A stretch of DNA of 48,449 nt from Acidobacteria bacterium RIFCSPLOWO2_12_FULL_67_14b. GTDB taxonomy: Bacteria > Acidobacteriota > Vicinamibacteria > Vicinamibacterales > UBA2999. A program made the position numbers and the translations under genes. This document shows, piece by piece, positions 7,693 to 18,162 of the stretch. How positions within the stretch are numbered: position 1 is the stretch's first letter; each line of letters opens with the position of its first letter. The DNA lies in the NCBI GenBank assembly GCA_001768615.1, contig MELE01000041.1:43108-91556 (forward strand), written 5' to 3'. The notes below the pieces were generated by a model. It had not been told where the DNA came from, ran no database searches, and saw nothing but the letters and a program-made list of their open reading frames with translations.

Positions 7693-10368
7693 TCATCTTC
7701 CACAGCGCAACCACATCTCGTTGACGCGATCGCGGAGGCGCACCGCGGCGTCGGCGTAGCTTTCATCCTCGCCGAACGCCAGCGGCGCGCCGAACGACAC
7801 CTTGATGCGGTGGCCGCTCCACGGCCACAGGACCTTCCAGTTGAACGCGCGGTTGCGCGGCCAGACTTCGTACACGCCCTTGAGCGACACCGGCACGATC
7901 GGCACGCCCATGTGTCGCGCCAGGATCGGCGAGCCCTTCTTGAACTTCTTCACCGTGCCGTCGATCGAACGCTCCCCTTCCGGAAAGAGGATCAGGACCC
8001 GGCCGTGCTTCAACCCGAAACCCCCGGCCTTCATCGCGGGCACCAGGTTCGAGTCGGCATCAACGGGCACGCAGTTGACCGTTCGCGCGACCCACTTCGT
8101 GAACGGCGTCTCGAAGTACTCGACCGCGCCGACGAAGAACATGTTGCGGAACGCGCGGTACGGCAGGACACCGCACACGAAGATCGGATCGAGATAGCTC
8201 TGGTGGTTGGGGCTGATGATGTACGGGCCGTCCCTCGGCAACGATTCGAGTCCGGAGACGTCGACGCGGCCGAGCAGCAGGCGCACCACTCGCGAGGCGA
8301 CAAACAGGATCGGCGCCGCCACGGGCTTGCGTTCGAGCAGACCGCCCAGGATCGGATCGGTGGCCGGCGGCAGGTCCTTCAGGATTGAAGCCCACGACTC
8401 GTCGGTCGTGGAAGCAGGTGGGGACAAACCTTCAGGTTGGTCCGCGCCCGGCCGCACTGCGTCGACGAGGTGGCGGACCGTGAACACCTCCGCCGCAGCG
8501 GCCCTCGACACCTGCACCAGGAAACGCTGCTCGAGCTCGGTGAGCAGCTCCACGCGCTCCATCGAATCGAGTCCGAGGTCGAGCTCGAGGTTGGCCTCCG
8601 GCCGCACGCGCGCGCCGGGGCGCACGCGGCCCTCGATCACCCGGGCCGCCGCCGCGGCATGCGCATCCTCGAGCCACGCCTGATCGGCTTCGGGCATCGG
8701 CGCGGTGGCCTCCTGCGCCGCCGATCGATGCCGCTCGCGAACCAGGCGCTCCACCTCGTGCCGCTTCACCTTCCCCGTGGTCGTTCTCGGCAGCGGATCG
8801 AACCAGATGTCGTAGCTGAGCACGCGCTTGTGCGACGGCAGGCCGACGGCCCGGCCCTCGAGCTCGAACCGCAGGATGTCGCCGGTGTTCACGATCTGTT
8901 TCTCGCGCATGAGATCCATGTTCGGGACCACCACCGCGTGCAGCCGCTCGGTCGTCGGGTGGCCGGGGCTGGCCAGCCCCATCACGCACAGCTCCTTGAC
9001 GAACGCCGACTGGCGGTAGTGCGCTTCGACCTCCTCGGGATAGATGTTCTTGCCCGACGCGAGCACGATCATTTCCTTCTTGCGGCCGGTAATGGTGATC
9101 CGCCCGCCGTCGTCCATCCGCCCGAGGTCTCCGGTGAGGAACCAACCGTCGCTCATCACCGCCGCCGTGGCGTCTGGGCGCTTGTAGTAGCCCGGCGTCA
9201 CGATGGCGCCACGAATCGCGATCTCGCCGTCGACGTCTTCGCTCTCGGCGGCGCGAATCTGGATCTGCACGCCTGGCAACGCCCGCCCCACCGTGTCGAT
9301 GTGCGCCTCGTTTGGCGTGTTCATGGTGGCGGCGCCGCTCGTTTCGGTGAGGCCGTACGCCTGCACGATGGTGAAGCCCAGGGAATACAGGTCGCGGCCG
9401 ATGGCGGGGTCGAACTTCGAGCCGCCCGTCACGAAGAGGCGCATGTGGCGCCCCAGCAGGGTGTGGACCCGGGCAAACGCCAGCCGACCGATGTTGACGC
9501 CGACGCGGCGCAGCCGGAAATTGACGGCCATCAGGACGGCGAACACGAGCCGCGTGACCAGCGCCGACTTGCCGACCTGCTCCATCACACGTTGGTGGAT
9601 CAGGTAGAAGAACTGCGGCACGCAGCAGAAGATCGTGATCCGCCGCTCGCTGAGCGCGCGCATGAGCTCGGTCGAATTCACCGACTCGAGGAAGACGACG
9701 CGGGCGCCGACCGCGAAGGGCAGCAGCAGGTTGGCGAGCTGCGCCAGCGCATGAAACAGCGGCAGCACGCCCAGAATGCCGTCGCGGTCGGTCACATCCA
9801 CCACCGCGAAGGCAGCGTCGCGCTCGGCGAGCAGGTTGGCGTGGGTCAGGACGACGCCCTTGGGATCGGACGTCGTCCCGGACGTGTAGAGGATTACCGC
9901 CACCGAAGCCGGTGCCACAGGTGCGTACGGTGCCTGGGGTGCCAAGGGGGTTGGTGCCAGGGGTGCCGAGTGCAGATCCTGGATCTGAATCGGGAGGTCG
10001 GCCACGGCCTCGCGCGCCACCGCGGCGAGCCGCGCGTTCACGAACAGGATCTTCGCGCCCGAATCACCAACGATCGTCGCCACCTGTCTGGCCGAGTAGT
10101 TGGTGTCGAGCGGCACGGCGACGGCGCCGAGGCTGAGGATGCCGAGGTAGGCCGCGCACCAGTGCGCGTCGTTGTCGGCGAGGATCGCGCAGCGGTCGCC
10201 GACGGCCACGCCCTGGGTCGCGAGCCAGGCCGCCCGCGCCCGCGCCATCGACCGCAGGTCCGCGTAAGTGAAGCGATCGATCGCATCCCGCCTCTGGATC
10301 TCGACGGCGGGGCGATCCGCGAAGCGGGTGGCGGAGGCTTCGAAGACCTCCCAGAAATTGGCAGCCAA
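7693..10368 (-). CDS. Long-chain acyl-CoA/ACP synthetase fused to an acyl carrier domain and a PlsC-type acyltransferase
   Basis: YTSGTTSDPKG, YGLTET, TGDLG, GRKKE (AMP-binding); LGLDSMERVEL (phosphopantetheine Ser); NHQSYLD and FPEGERS (acyltransferase). Confidence 0.92.
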   Translation of the reverse strand: MAANFWEVFEASATRFADRPAVEIQRRDAIDRFTYADLRSMARARAAWLATQGVAVGDRCAILADNDAHWCAAYLGILSLGAVAVPLDTNYSARQVATIVGDSGAKILFVNARLAAVAREAVADLPIQIQDLHSAPLAPTPLAPQAPYAPVAPASVAVILYTSGTTSDPKGVVLTHANLLAERDAAFAVVDVTDRDGILGVLPLFHALAQLANLLLPFAVGARVVFLESVNSTELMRALSERRITIFCCVPQFFYLIHQRVMEQVGKSALVTRLVFAVLMAVNFRLRRVGVNIGRLAFARVHTLLGRHMRLFVTGGSKFDPAIGRDLYSLGFTIVQAYGLTETSGAATMNTPNEAHIDTVGRALPGVQIQIRAAESEDVDGEIAIRGAIVTPGYYKRPDATAAVMSDGWFLTGDLGRMDDGGRITITGRKKEMIVLASGKNIYPEEVEAHYRQSAFVKELCVMGLASPGHPTTERLHAVVVPNMDLMREKQIVNTGDILRFELEGRAVGLPSHKRVLSYDIWFDPLPRTTTGKVKRHEVERLVRERHRSAAQEATAPMPEADQAWLEDAHAAAAARVIEGRVRPGARVRPEANLELDLGLDSMERVELLTELEQRFLVQVSRAAAAEVFTVRHLVDAVRPGADQPEGLSPPASTTDESWASILKDLPPATDPILGGLLERKPVAAPILFVASRVVRLLLGRVDVSGLESLPRDGPYIISPNHQSYLDPIFVCGVLPYRAFRNMFFVGAVEYFETPFTKWVARTVNCVPVDADSNLVPAMKAGGFGLKHGRVLILFPEGERSIDGTVKKFKKGSPILARHMGVPIVPVSLKGVYEVWPRNRAFNWKVLWPWSGHRIKVSFGAPLAFGEDESYADAAVRLRDRVNEMWLRCGR
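8418..8443 (+). repeat. GTGGGGACAAACC-family palindrome in the ACP-acyltransferase linker
   Basis: GTGGGGACAAACCTTCAGGTTGGTCC (one mismatch), read on the opposite strand as DQPEGLSP. Confidence 0.82.
9911..9967 (+). repeat. GGTGCnnnn nonamer array in coding sequence (APLAPTPLAPQAPYAPVAP)
   Basis: Six GGTGC units with mostly 9-nt spacing. Confidence 0.65.
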
Positions 10369-10394
10369 CGACTAGACGATACCGTATTCCTTTG

Positions 10395-10606
10395 CATCGA
10401 CGATTGCCGATCGACCGATTGACGATTGTTTGGTGATTGGGAAATCGACGATTGATGGATTCGATCCTTCAATGTCGATTGTGTAAATGGTCGGCGAATC
10501 GCCGGCCAATCGCCCGATTCGGCAATCGTGATAATCGAATCAGTCAATCGCCCGATTCGACGATCACGAAACAGTCGCCCAATCAGTCGATCGCCAAATC
10601 GACAAT
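10395..10606. repeat. Degenerate intergenic array of GATTG units followed by inverted CAATC units
   Basis: cgattg/gattcg repeats in the left half and caatcg/aatcag in the right half, about 8-nt period, lower GC. Confidence 0.7.
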
Positions 10607-10632
10607 GTGTCTGTAGGCCCCACTGCGGCGGG

Positions 10633-11385
10633 TTACTCCCTGGCTGATCGAATGCTGAACGACACGGCGCCGCCGCCCGGCAGGATCACCGGCGACGCCG
10701 AGACGCGCGCGCCGGCGATCTTCACCGTGGCGGCGCGGCCGGCGAGGATGCCAACCGCCGCCCCGGCGATGACGTCGGTTGAAAAGTGCGAGTTGGCCTG
10801 AAGGCGCGCGCCGGAGATCAGCACCGCCGCGGCGTAGGCGGGCACGGCGCCCTTCCAGCCGAAGTGGCGTTGCATCACCGTGGCCGCCGCGAATGTGCCG
10901 GCGGTGTGACCGGACGGGAACGATCGGGCCTCGCCGTCCGGGCGTTGCCGGTTCACCGCGTACTTCACCGCCACCGTGGTTATGCCCGCCACGAGTTCGG
11001 CCTCGAGCAGGTCGCCGCCGAGCGCCGCCATCCGTGTGTTCCCGGCGGCACGCCCGGCGACGTAGGTCGCCAGCGCGCCGCCGCCCAGCAGCCATTCCTG
11101 CCCCATCGTCCTCGCCCACCCGTCGAGGGTGGTCTTCAGAAACGTCGAACAGCTCGCGGAGTAGGTCAGCGTTTCATCGAAGGGCGCCACGAAGAGGGCG
11201 ACGGCCGCGGCGGCGGTCAGCAGCGGCAGGCTTTCGCTCGACGCCATCGACTTGAAGTCGCTGCCGACGGTCTCGAGGAACTTCCGGACCGGCCCCGGCT
11301 GCGGGGCCGCATCCTGCGCCGCCGACGGCCGCGGCAGCGCCAGCATGACCATGACCAGCCAGAACGCCAGGGGGAGACGTCTCAT
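10633..11385 (-). CDS. PAP2-family membrane phosphatase
   Basis: Motifs KYAVNRQRP, SFPSGH, ARLQANSHFSTDV; signal peptide. Confidence 0.88.
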   Translation of the reverse strand: MRRLPLAFWLVMVMLALPRPSAAQDAAPQPGPVRKFLETVGSDFKSMASSESLPLLTAAAAVALFVAPFDETLTYSASCSTFLKTTLDGWARTMGQEWLLGGGALATYVAGRAAGNTRMAALGGDLLEAELVAGITTVAVKYAVNRQRPDGEARSFPSGHTAGTFAAATVMQRHFGWKGAVPAYAAAVLISGARLQANSHFSTDVIAGAAVGILAGRAATVKIAGARVSASPVILPGGGAVSFSIRSARE

Positions 11386-11442
11386 AGGGTGTCCGCCGGC
11401 CGGACGGCCGAGTTATATCATTGACCCCGACTCGCTGACGCG

Positions 11443-12708
11443 ATGCGTCCCAAACCTTCCGCTCTCATCGTCTCGCTGATCGTGGTGGTTGCCGCCGAGG
11501 GCGTGAGCGCGCAGTCCCGCCGGCAGGAACCTGTCCCGGCGGGTTCTGCCACCATCGCCGGAGTCGTGCTGGACGCGCAGACCGGCGAGCCCCTCGCCGA
11601 TGTCACTGTCGTTCTAGGCGAACCTCGGTCGATGAGGGCACGCGAGGTCAAGACCAACAGTAACGGCGCGTACGAGTTCGTGAAGATCGCCGGCGGTGAA
11701 TACAGCGTCATGGCGTGGAGCCCGTCACATGTCCGCCAGTGTCACGGCGCGACGGATCTGTTCCGCCTGCGATGTGTGTACGTGTCCGTGGTGCCCGACC
11801 AGGAACGGTCGGGAATCGACTTCCGGCTGGTGCGCGGCGCCACCATCCGCGGCCGGGTCGTCGATCCCGACGGCCGGCCTGTCGCCCGCGCGTACGTGTG
11901 GCTGGCCGGACAGGTCATCTCGGGCAGGCCGGACGTGACGCGATCGGACGGTAGCTTCGAACTCACCAACATTCTCGGCGAGGACGTGAAGGTGGCGGTC
12001 GACGCGGCCTCCTCACCCGACATGCCGCGAGCCCCCGCCATCTACTATCCGGGCGTGCTGGATCCGCAGGAGGCCGAGACGGTCGACGCTCGTCCTGGCG
12101 CGATGACCACGGGCCTCTCGATCGTGCTGCCGCGCATCGCCTCGAACGCGATCACGGTGCGCGTGTCCGGGGGCGTCAAAGCTGACGACCTGGTCGCACG
12201 GCTGATCTCGATTCAGCCTCGCATGACCAGGCGCATCGACCTTTCGGGCGACAGCACCGGCACCGTGCGGGGCCTCCAGCAGGGGCGCTATTTTCTTTCG
12301 GCGCAGGCCGGATCGCCCGACGGCCGGCTCGCCGGCTTCGAAGTGGTCGACCTCGTCAACGACACGCACGACGTCGCCATGGCGTTGCAGCCTGCAGGGC
12401 GCATCACCGGGAGGATCGTCGCCCGGAGCGGCGGCCTGCCGCCGGTCGACGGCGTGCGCGTCGCCGCGGCCTGGGTCGACGACGGGATCGAGGTCGATCC
12501 GCTGGTTCCCGATCACGCAGCGGTCGCGGCCGACGGCCACTTCAGCATCGACGGCCTCTTCGGCACGCGTGCGCTGCAGCTGATGGGTCTGTCTCCCGAG
12601 TGGCAGGTGCACGCCGTCATGCGGAGCCGCAGCGATATCACCACGACCGGCGTCGACGTCCGCCCGGACACGACGGTGGAGGTGACGATCGTCCTCTCCC
12701 GCCGGTAG
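11443..12708 (+). CDS. Secreted protein with carboxypeptidase-regulatory-like (Ig/prealbumin-fold) repeats
   Basis: Signal peptide; repeated GxIxGRVVDxxGxP and YYPGV motifs. Confidence 0.75.
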   Translation: MRPKPSALIVSLIVVVAAEGVSAQSRRQEPVPAGSATIAGVVLDAQTGEPLADVTVVLGEPRSMRAREVKTNSNGAYEFVKIAGGEYSVMAWSPSHVRQCHGATDLFRLRCVYVSVVPDQERSGIDFRLVRGATIRGRVVDPDGRPVARAYVWLAGQVISGRPDVTRSDGSFELTNILGEDVKVAVDAASSPDMPRAPAIYYPGVLDPQEAETVDARPGAMTTGLSIVLPRIASNAITVRVSGGVKADDLVARLISIQPRMTRRIDLSGDSTGTVRGLQQGRYFLSAQAGSPDGRLAGFEVVDLVNDTHDVAMALQPAGRITGRIVARSGGLPPVDGVRVAAAWVDDGIEVDPLVPDHAAVAADGHFSIDGLFGTRALQLMGLSPEWQVHAVMRSRSDITTTGVDVRPDTTVEVTIVLSRR

Positions 12709-12732
12709 ACAACGATATGATGGAATCCCTCG

Positions 12733-13737
12733 ATGCCAGCACCCCTCCGCATCGCGTTCCTGGGCTGTGGCTTCATTACGCGAGTCCATAGCCGCAACCT
12801 GAGGCGATTCCGATCCGAGATCGTCTGCGGCTACGCCAGCCGCGACAGGGCCAAGGCCGCCGAGTTCTGCGGCAGGTACCGGGGCACGGGCACGTACGAC
12901 GACTACGCGGCGGCGATCGGCGATCCGAAAGTGGATGCGGTGGTGATCGCGGTGCCGCCGACATTCCATTTGAACCTGACGCTCCAGGCGCTGGCGGCCG
13001 GCAAACACGTGCTCGTCGAAAAGCCGGCGTATCCCTCGATCGGCGATTACGAGGCTGTGCGCGAGGCCCGCGACCGCGCCGGGCGCGTGGTGCTCGTCGG
13101 CGAGAACGATCACTACAAGCCGCTGGCCGTGGCGCTGCGAAAACTGCTGGCCGACGGCGTGATCGGCGAGATGGTGTTCGGCCATTTCAGCAGCATCGTC
13201 AAGCGCCTGAAGGCCGCGGACGACTGGCGCAACGACGAGACCATGGCCGGCGGCGATGCGTTCTTCGAAGAAGGGATCCACTGGCTGCACCTCGCCGCCA
13301 GCCTCGGCCCGACGATCACGCGCATCGAGGGCTTTCGGCCCGCCGCCTCTCGCGAGGGCCCGGATCGGCGCGTCAAAAGCATGATGGTGGCGTTCGAGTA
13401 CGACAACGGCGCCGTCGGCTCGCTCTATTACTCCCGTGAGATTCCGTCGCTGCTGAAGGGCCTGCGGCTGTCGAAGTTGTACGGGCGGCACGGCATCATC
13501 ACGTTCGAGTCGAACGGCATCGTGCTGCTCGTCCGCGGACGGGGCTTTCCCCGCGTGATCTTCCCGGGCTTCCGCGACATCCGCGGCTACCAGGCGATGT
13601 ATCGCGACTTCCGCCGGTCGATCGTCGACGGCACGGCGCCGCAGATGAGCCTGGAACGGGCCATGGAAGATCAGCGGCTGATGGATCAGATCTATGGCGG
13701 AGCCCGGAGCCCGAAGCCCGGAGCCCGGCGACAATGA
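12733..13737 (+). CDS. Gfo/Idh/MocA-family oxidoreductase
   Basis: IAFLGCG, DAVVIAVP, AGKHVLVEKP, GGDAFFEEGIH. Confidence 0.9.
   Translation: MPAPLRIAFLGCGFITRVHSRNLRRFRSEIVCGYASRDRAKAAEFCGRYRGTGTYDDYAAAIGDPKVDAVVIAVPPTFHLNLTLQALAAGKHVLVEKPAYPSIGDYEAVREARDRAGRVVLVGENDHYKPLAVALRKLLADGVIGEMVFGHFSSIVKRLKAADDWRNDETMAGGDAFFEEGIHWLHLAASLGPTITRIEGFRPAASREGPDRRVKSMMVAFEYDNGAVGSLYYSREIPSLLKGLRLSKLYGRHGIITFESNGIVLLVRGRGFPRVIFPGFRDIRGYQAMYRDFRRSIVDGTAPQMSLERAMEDQRLMDQIYGGARSPKPGARRQ
13699..13728 (+). repeat. GGAGCCC heptamer x4 forming the C-terminal tail of the Gfo/Idh/MocA gene
   Basis: ggagccc ggagccc gaagccc ggagccc. Confidence 0.7.
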
Positions 13738-13738
13738 C

Positions 13739-15235
13739 GTGAACACGGCGTTCGACATCATCATCGTCGGGACCGGCGCCGGCGGTGGCACCATGGCGCG
13801 TGCGCTCGCCGGGTCGGGCGCGCGCATCCTCGTGCTCGAGCGCGGTGACTTCGTCGCCCGCGAAGACCAGAACTGGAACCCCGAGGCCGTGTGGAAACAG
13901 CTGCGCTACCGCACGACCGAAACATGGCTCGACGAAACCGGCAAGGCGTTCCGCCCGTACACGCACTACTGTGTCGGCGGCAACACCAAGTTCTGGGGCA
14001 CGGTGCTCTACCGTCTGCGGCGCGAAGACTTCCAGGCCGTCGAGCACATCGACGGCATCTCACCGGCGTGGCCGATCGACTACAACACGCTGGCGCCGTA
14101 CTACGATCGCGCGGAACAGATGTACAGCGTTCACGGCCAGGCGGGGATCGACCCGACCGAACCGCCGCGCGGTCCCTTTCCCCATCCGCCCGTTCCCCAC
14201 TCGCCCGTCATCCAGGACCTCGTCGATCGGCTCCGGCAGCAGGGCCTCCATCCGTCGCCGCTGCCGCTCGGGCTGCTCGACGGCTGCATCCTCTGCAACA
14301 CCTGCAACTCCTTCCCGTGCAAGATCCACGCGAAGAGCGACGCCGAGGTCTGCGGCATTCGTCAGGCCACCGCGCACGCGACCGTCGAGCTGTGGACCAA
14401 CGCCAGGGCACGCCGGCTGATCACGGACGCGAGCGGCCGGCGGATCGAGTCGGTGGAAGTGGAACGGCCCGGGGAGACGTTCCGCGTGTCGGCGCCGCTC
14501 GTGATCGTGTCGTGCGGCGCCGTGAACTCCGCGGCGCTGCTGCTGCGGTCGGCCACCGACAAGCATCCGGCCGGCCTCGCCAATTCCTCGGGCCTCGTCG
14601 GCCGGCGCTACATGGCGCACCTGGCGACGATGATGCAGGGGTTCCATCCGTTCCGGCGGAACGACACGGTGTTCCAGAAGACGGTGGCCATCAACGATTT
14701 CTATCTCAAGGGCCCGAACACCAAGTACCCGCTCGGGCAGATCCAGTCGCAGGGGCGCACGCACGGCGTGATGGCGCAAACCGTCGTGCCATCGGTGCCG
14801 GTGTGGGCCTACGACGCGTGGGTGGCCCGCGGCGTCGACTGGCTGGCGATGTCGGAAGACCTGCCGCAGCCCGACAACCGCGTCACCGTCGATGCGAACG
14901 GAAAGATCCGATTGACCTACCGCGCCAACAACCTTACCGCCCACATGCAGCTGGTGAGCGAGACGAAGAAGATCCTGCGCCAGCTGGGCTTCTGGGTGGT
15001 GATGACGCACTCGCACAAGGCGAAGAACACGACGCACCAATGCGGGACCCTCGTGTTTGGCGCCGACGCGCGCGAATCCGTGCTCGACCCGTACTGCCGC
15101 GCCCACGACGTCGAGAACCTCTTCGTCGTCGACGCGTCGTTTTTCCCGTCATCGGCCGCCGTCAATCCCGGCCTGACCATTGCCGCGCAGGCGCTCCGGG
15201 TGGCCGACCACATTCTGGGGTCGGAATCGGCGTAA
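13739..15235 (+). CDS. GMC-family flavoprotein oxidoreductase
   Basis: FDIIIVGTGAGGG, VGGNTKFWG, CxxCxxC, HQCGT, NLFVVDASFFPSS.AVNP.LTI.A. Confidence 0.9.
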   Translation: MNTAFDIIIVGTGAGGGTMARALAGSGARILVLERGDFVAREDQNWNPEAVWKQLRYRTTETWLDETGKAFRPYTHYCVGGNTKFWGTVLYRLRREDFQAVEHIDGISPAWPIDYNTLAPYYDRAEQMYSVHGQAGIDPTEPPRGPFPHPPVPHSPVIQDLVDRLRQQGLHPSPLPLGLLDGCILCNTCNSFPCKIHAKSDAEVCGIRQATAHATVELWTNARARRLITDASGRRIESVEVERPGETFRVSAPLVIVSCGAVNSAALLLRSATDKHPAGLANSSGLVGRRYMAHLATMMQGFHPFRRNDTVFQKTVAINDFYLKGPNTKYPLGQIQSQGRTHGVMAQTVVPSVPVWAYDAWVARGVDWLAMSEDLPQPDNRVTVDANGKIRLTYRANNLTAHMQLVSETKKILRQLGFWVVMTHSHKAKNTTHQCGTLVFGADARESVLDPYCRAHDVENLFVVDASFFPSSAAVNPGLTIAAQALRVADHILGSESA

Positions 15236-15284
15236 TCCCGGCACGCCGGGTGTAGGATCGGGCTCCACCAACGGAGGAGCAGTC

Positions 15285-16637
15285 ATGACCGTGTCTCCAT
15301 GGACCGCGGCCGCTCTGGCGGCGGCGCTCGTCTCGACGCTGGCGGCGGCGCCGGCCGCGCAAACCGGACCGACGATCAAGTTCACCGAGACGAAGCTGGC
15401 CAACGGCCTGCGGGTGATCCTCTCGGAGGATCACACCGCGCCGGTGTACTCGATCGTCGTGCACTACAACGTCGGCTCCCGCGACGAACGCCAGGGCCGT
15501 ACCGGGTTCGCCCACCTGTTCGAGCACATGATGTTCAAGGGCTCCGAGAATGTCGGGCCCGGCGAGCACTTCATGCTCATCTTCAACACCGGCGGCAACA
15601 TGAACGGCACCACCAACAAGGACCGGACGCTCTACTTCGAGACGCTGCCGTCCAATCAGCTGGACCTCGGCATCTTCCTCGAAGCCGATCGCATGCGGTC
15701 GCTCGCCATCACGAAGGAGAATCTCGACAACCAGCGCAACGCCGTGCAGGAAGAGCGCCGCCAGGGGCTCGACAACCAGCCGTACGGCCGCACCGACGAG
15801 GTGATCGACGAGCTGGCGTACGACAACCCGGCCTACGAGCACTCGGTGATCGGCTCGATGGCCGACCTCAACGCGGCGTCGGTGGAAGATGTGGCCGCGT
15901 TCTTCAAGACCTATTACGCCCCCAACAACGCCGTGCTTGCCATCGTCGGCGACATCGATCCGAAGGTGACGCTCGAGAAAGTCCGGAAGGCCTTCGAGCC
16001 CATTCCCGCGCAGCCGGCGCCGCCGAAGGTGGACATGACCGAGCCGAAGCAGACGGCCGAACGCCGCCTGTCGCTCGACGATCCGCTGGCGCGGCTGGCG
16101 CGCGTCGACATCGCCTTCAAGGTGCCGCCGCGCACGTCCGAGGATGATGACGCGGTGCGGGTGCTGGGCACGATCCTGTCGAACGGCCGCAGCTCGCGGT
16201 TCTTTCAGAAGGTGGTCCGCGAGCAGCAGCTGGCGGCCAACGTCACGGCGGGCCGCGATAGCGCCGTGGGACCGGGCCTGTTCTTCGTCACCGCCACCGT
16301 GGCGCCCGGCAAGACCGCGGCGGCCGTCGAGGCCGCCGTGCTGGCGGAGATCGAACGGGTCAAGGCCGGGCCGATCGAGGATTGGGAGATCGAGAAGGCG
16401 CGCAACAACTCGAAGCGGACCGTCGTCGGCGGGCTCACCAGCTCCCTCAATCGCGGCACCCAGCTGGCGGAGTTTGCCTCGATCTTCAACGACACCGCGC
16501 GGATCAACCAGCGCATCGACCGCATCGCCCGCGTGACCGCCGCCGACGTGCAGCGCGTGGCCGCGGCGTACTTCACCGCCGAAAATCGCACGGTCGTCAT
16601 CACGCAGCCAAAGCCGGCGACGAAGGGAGGCCAGTAA
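15285..16637 (+). CDS. M16 (pitrilysin-family) zinc peptidase, catalytic subunit
   Basis: GFAHLFEHMMFKGS (HxxEH), NGTT..DRT.Y; GGAGGAG RBS; signal peptide. Confidence 0.92.
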   Translation: MTVSPWTAAALAAALVSTLAAAPAAQTGPTIKFTETKLANGLRVILSEDHTAPVYSIVVHYNVGSRDERQGRTGFAHLFEHMMFKGSENVGPGEHFMLIFNTGGNMNGTTNKDRTLYFETLPSNQLDLGIFLEADRMRSLAITKENLDNQRNAVQEERRQGLDNQPYGRTDEVIDELAYDNPAYEHSVIGSMADLNAASVEDVAAFFKTYYAPNNAVLAIVGDIDPKVTLEKVRKAFEPIPAQPAPPKVDMTEPKQTAERRLSLDDPLARLARVDIAFKVPPRTSEDDDAVRVLGTILSNGRSSRFFQKVVREQQLAANVTAGRDSAVGPGLFFVTATVAPGKTAAAVEAAVLAEIERVKAGPIEDWEIEKARNNSKRTVVGGLTSSLNRGTQLAEFASIFNDTARINQRIDRIARVTAADVQRVAAAYFTAENRTVVITQPKPATKGGQ

Positions 16638-18115
16638 TGAGCGCGCGCACACGGCTCGTCATCATCGCCAGCGCCGCCGCCATCGTCGCAACCGCCGCGG
16701 GCCCGGCCGGCCAGGCGCCGCCGCAGATTCCGCCGCCGACGCAGACGATCACGATGAAAGGGAAGGCGCCGGTCTCGAACGCGGTCCTCAAGGTGTCGTT
16801 GCCGAAGCCGCTGGAGGCCGACCTGCCCAACGGCCTGCACGTGATGGTGATCCAGGATCCGCGGGCGCCGCAGGTGACGATCCAGCTCGTGATCCGCGGG
16901 GCCGGCGGCTACTACGATCCGCCGGATCAGTATGGGCTCGCCCAGTTCACGGCGGCCAACCTGCGCGAGGGCACCGCGAGACGCACTTCAACGGCGATCG
17001 CCGAACAGCTCGAGCGGCTTGCCGCCACCGTGACGGTGAACGCGGCGATGTCGTCGGAAGAGGCGACGCTCAACGCGTCGGCCTTGCGCGAGCACTTCGA
17101 CGAGGTGCTCGACCTCGCGGCTGACGTGCTGCTGTCGCCGGCGTTCCCTGAACAGGAGCTCACGCGCTACAAGGCGCAGACCCGCGCGCAATTGCAGCAG
17201 CAGCGCGCGAACCCCACCTTCCTCGCGTTCGAGCGCTTCAGCCGCGCCGTCGCCGACGGCCACCCCGACGGCCGCATGGCGCCCGCCGTCGAGGCGCTCG
17301 ACAAGACCACGCGCGACGCGCTCGCGGCGTTTCACAAGTCCCACTACGTGCCGGATCACGCGGCGATCGCCATTACCGGCGACATCACGATGGCGGCGGC
17401 GCTCAAGGCGGTGCAGGCCCGGTTCGGCGCGTGGGCGAAGGCCGGCGCGCCCGAACCGTCGGTGAGCGATCCGGTGGCGGTGGCGGACCCCGGCGTGTTC
17501 CTCGTGGCGCGCCCCGCCTCGGTGCAGACCAGCCTCGTCGTCGGCGTCCAGGCCATCCGCTACACGGATGCGGACTTCTACGCGATGACGGTGCTGAACA
17601 AGATCATCGGCGGCGGGCCGACCGGACGGCTGTTCCGGCACCTCCGCGAAGAGAAGGGCTACACCTACGGCGCCTCGTCCCAGATCGACGCCCGCCGCTT
17701 CCGCGGCACGTGGATCGCCAGCACGAACGTGCGGTCGGAAGTGACCGAGGCGGCGCTGCGGGATTTGCTCGACGAGCTCAGGCAGGCGCGCGAGATCCGC
17801 GTCCCCGATCAGGAGTTCGCCGACGCGAAGCGATCGATCGTCTCGGCCTTCGCCCTCGCCTTCGAATCGCCGCAGGCGCCGGTGACCAACGCCCTCACCC
17901 GCTGGCGCTACGGCCTGCCCGCGGACTACTGGGACAAGTACCCGGAACGGATCATGGCGATCACCCAGGACGAGGTGCAGGCGATGGCGAAGAAGTATCT
18001 GGATCCGAAGAAGCTGCAGATCATCGCGGTCGGCGATCGGGCAGCCGCGGAAGCCGTGCTGCTGAAGCTGGGCCGCCTGCAGGTCTTCGACGCCGACGGG
18101 AGGAAGATCCAGTAG
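16637..18115 (+). CDS. M16 peptidase partner subunit (no HxxEH)
   Basis: LPNGL, GLAQFTA in place of HxxEH, RLFRHLREEKGYTYG; TAATG coupling with the upstream gene. Confidence 0.88.
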   Translation: MSARTRLVIIASAAAIVATAAGPAGQAPPQIPPPTQTITMKGKAPVSNAVLKVSLPKPLEADLPNGLHVMVIQDPRAPQVTIQLVIRGAGGYYDPPDQYGLAQFTAANLREGTARRTSTAIAEQLERLAATVTVNAAMSSEEATLNASALREHFDEVLDLAADVLLSPAFPEQELTRYKAQTRAQLQQQRANPTFLAFERFSRAVADGHPDGRMAPAVEALDKTTRDALAAFHKSHYVPDHAAIAITGDITMAAALKAVQARFGAWAKAGAPEPSVSDPVAVADPGVFLVARPASVQTSLVVGVQAIRYTDADFYAMTVLNKIIGGGPTGRLFRHLREEKGYTYGASSQIDARRFRGTWIASTNVRSEVTEAALRDLLDELRQAREIRVPDQEFADAKRSIVSAFALAFESPQAPVTNALTRWRYGLPADYWDKYPERIMAITQDEVQAMAKKYLDPKKLQIIAVGDRAAAEAVLLKLGRLQVFDADGRKIQ

Positions 18116-18135
18116 GGCGGAACTTCAGTTCCGCC
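18112..18135 (+). repeat. GTAG-footed REP-like palindrome providing the TAG stop of the M16 partner gene
   Basis: GTAG-GGCGGAACT-TC-AGTTCCGCC. Confidence 0.75.
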
Positions 18136-18162
18136 TTCAGCCTAGTCGGTCAGTTCCGCCGA

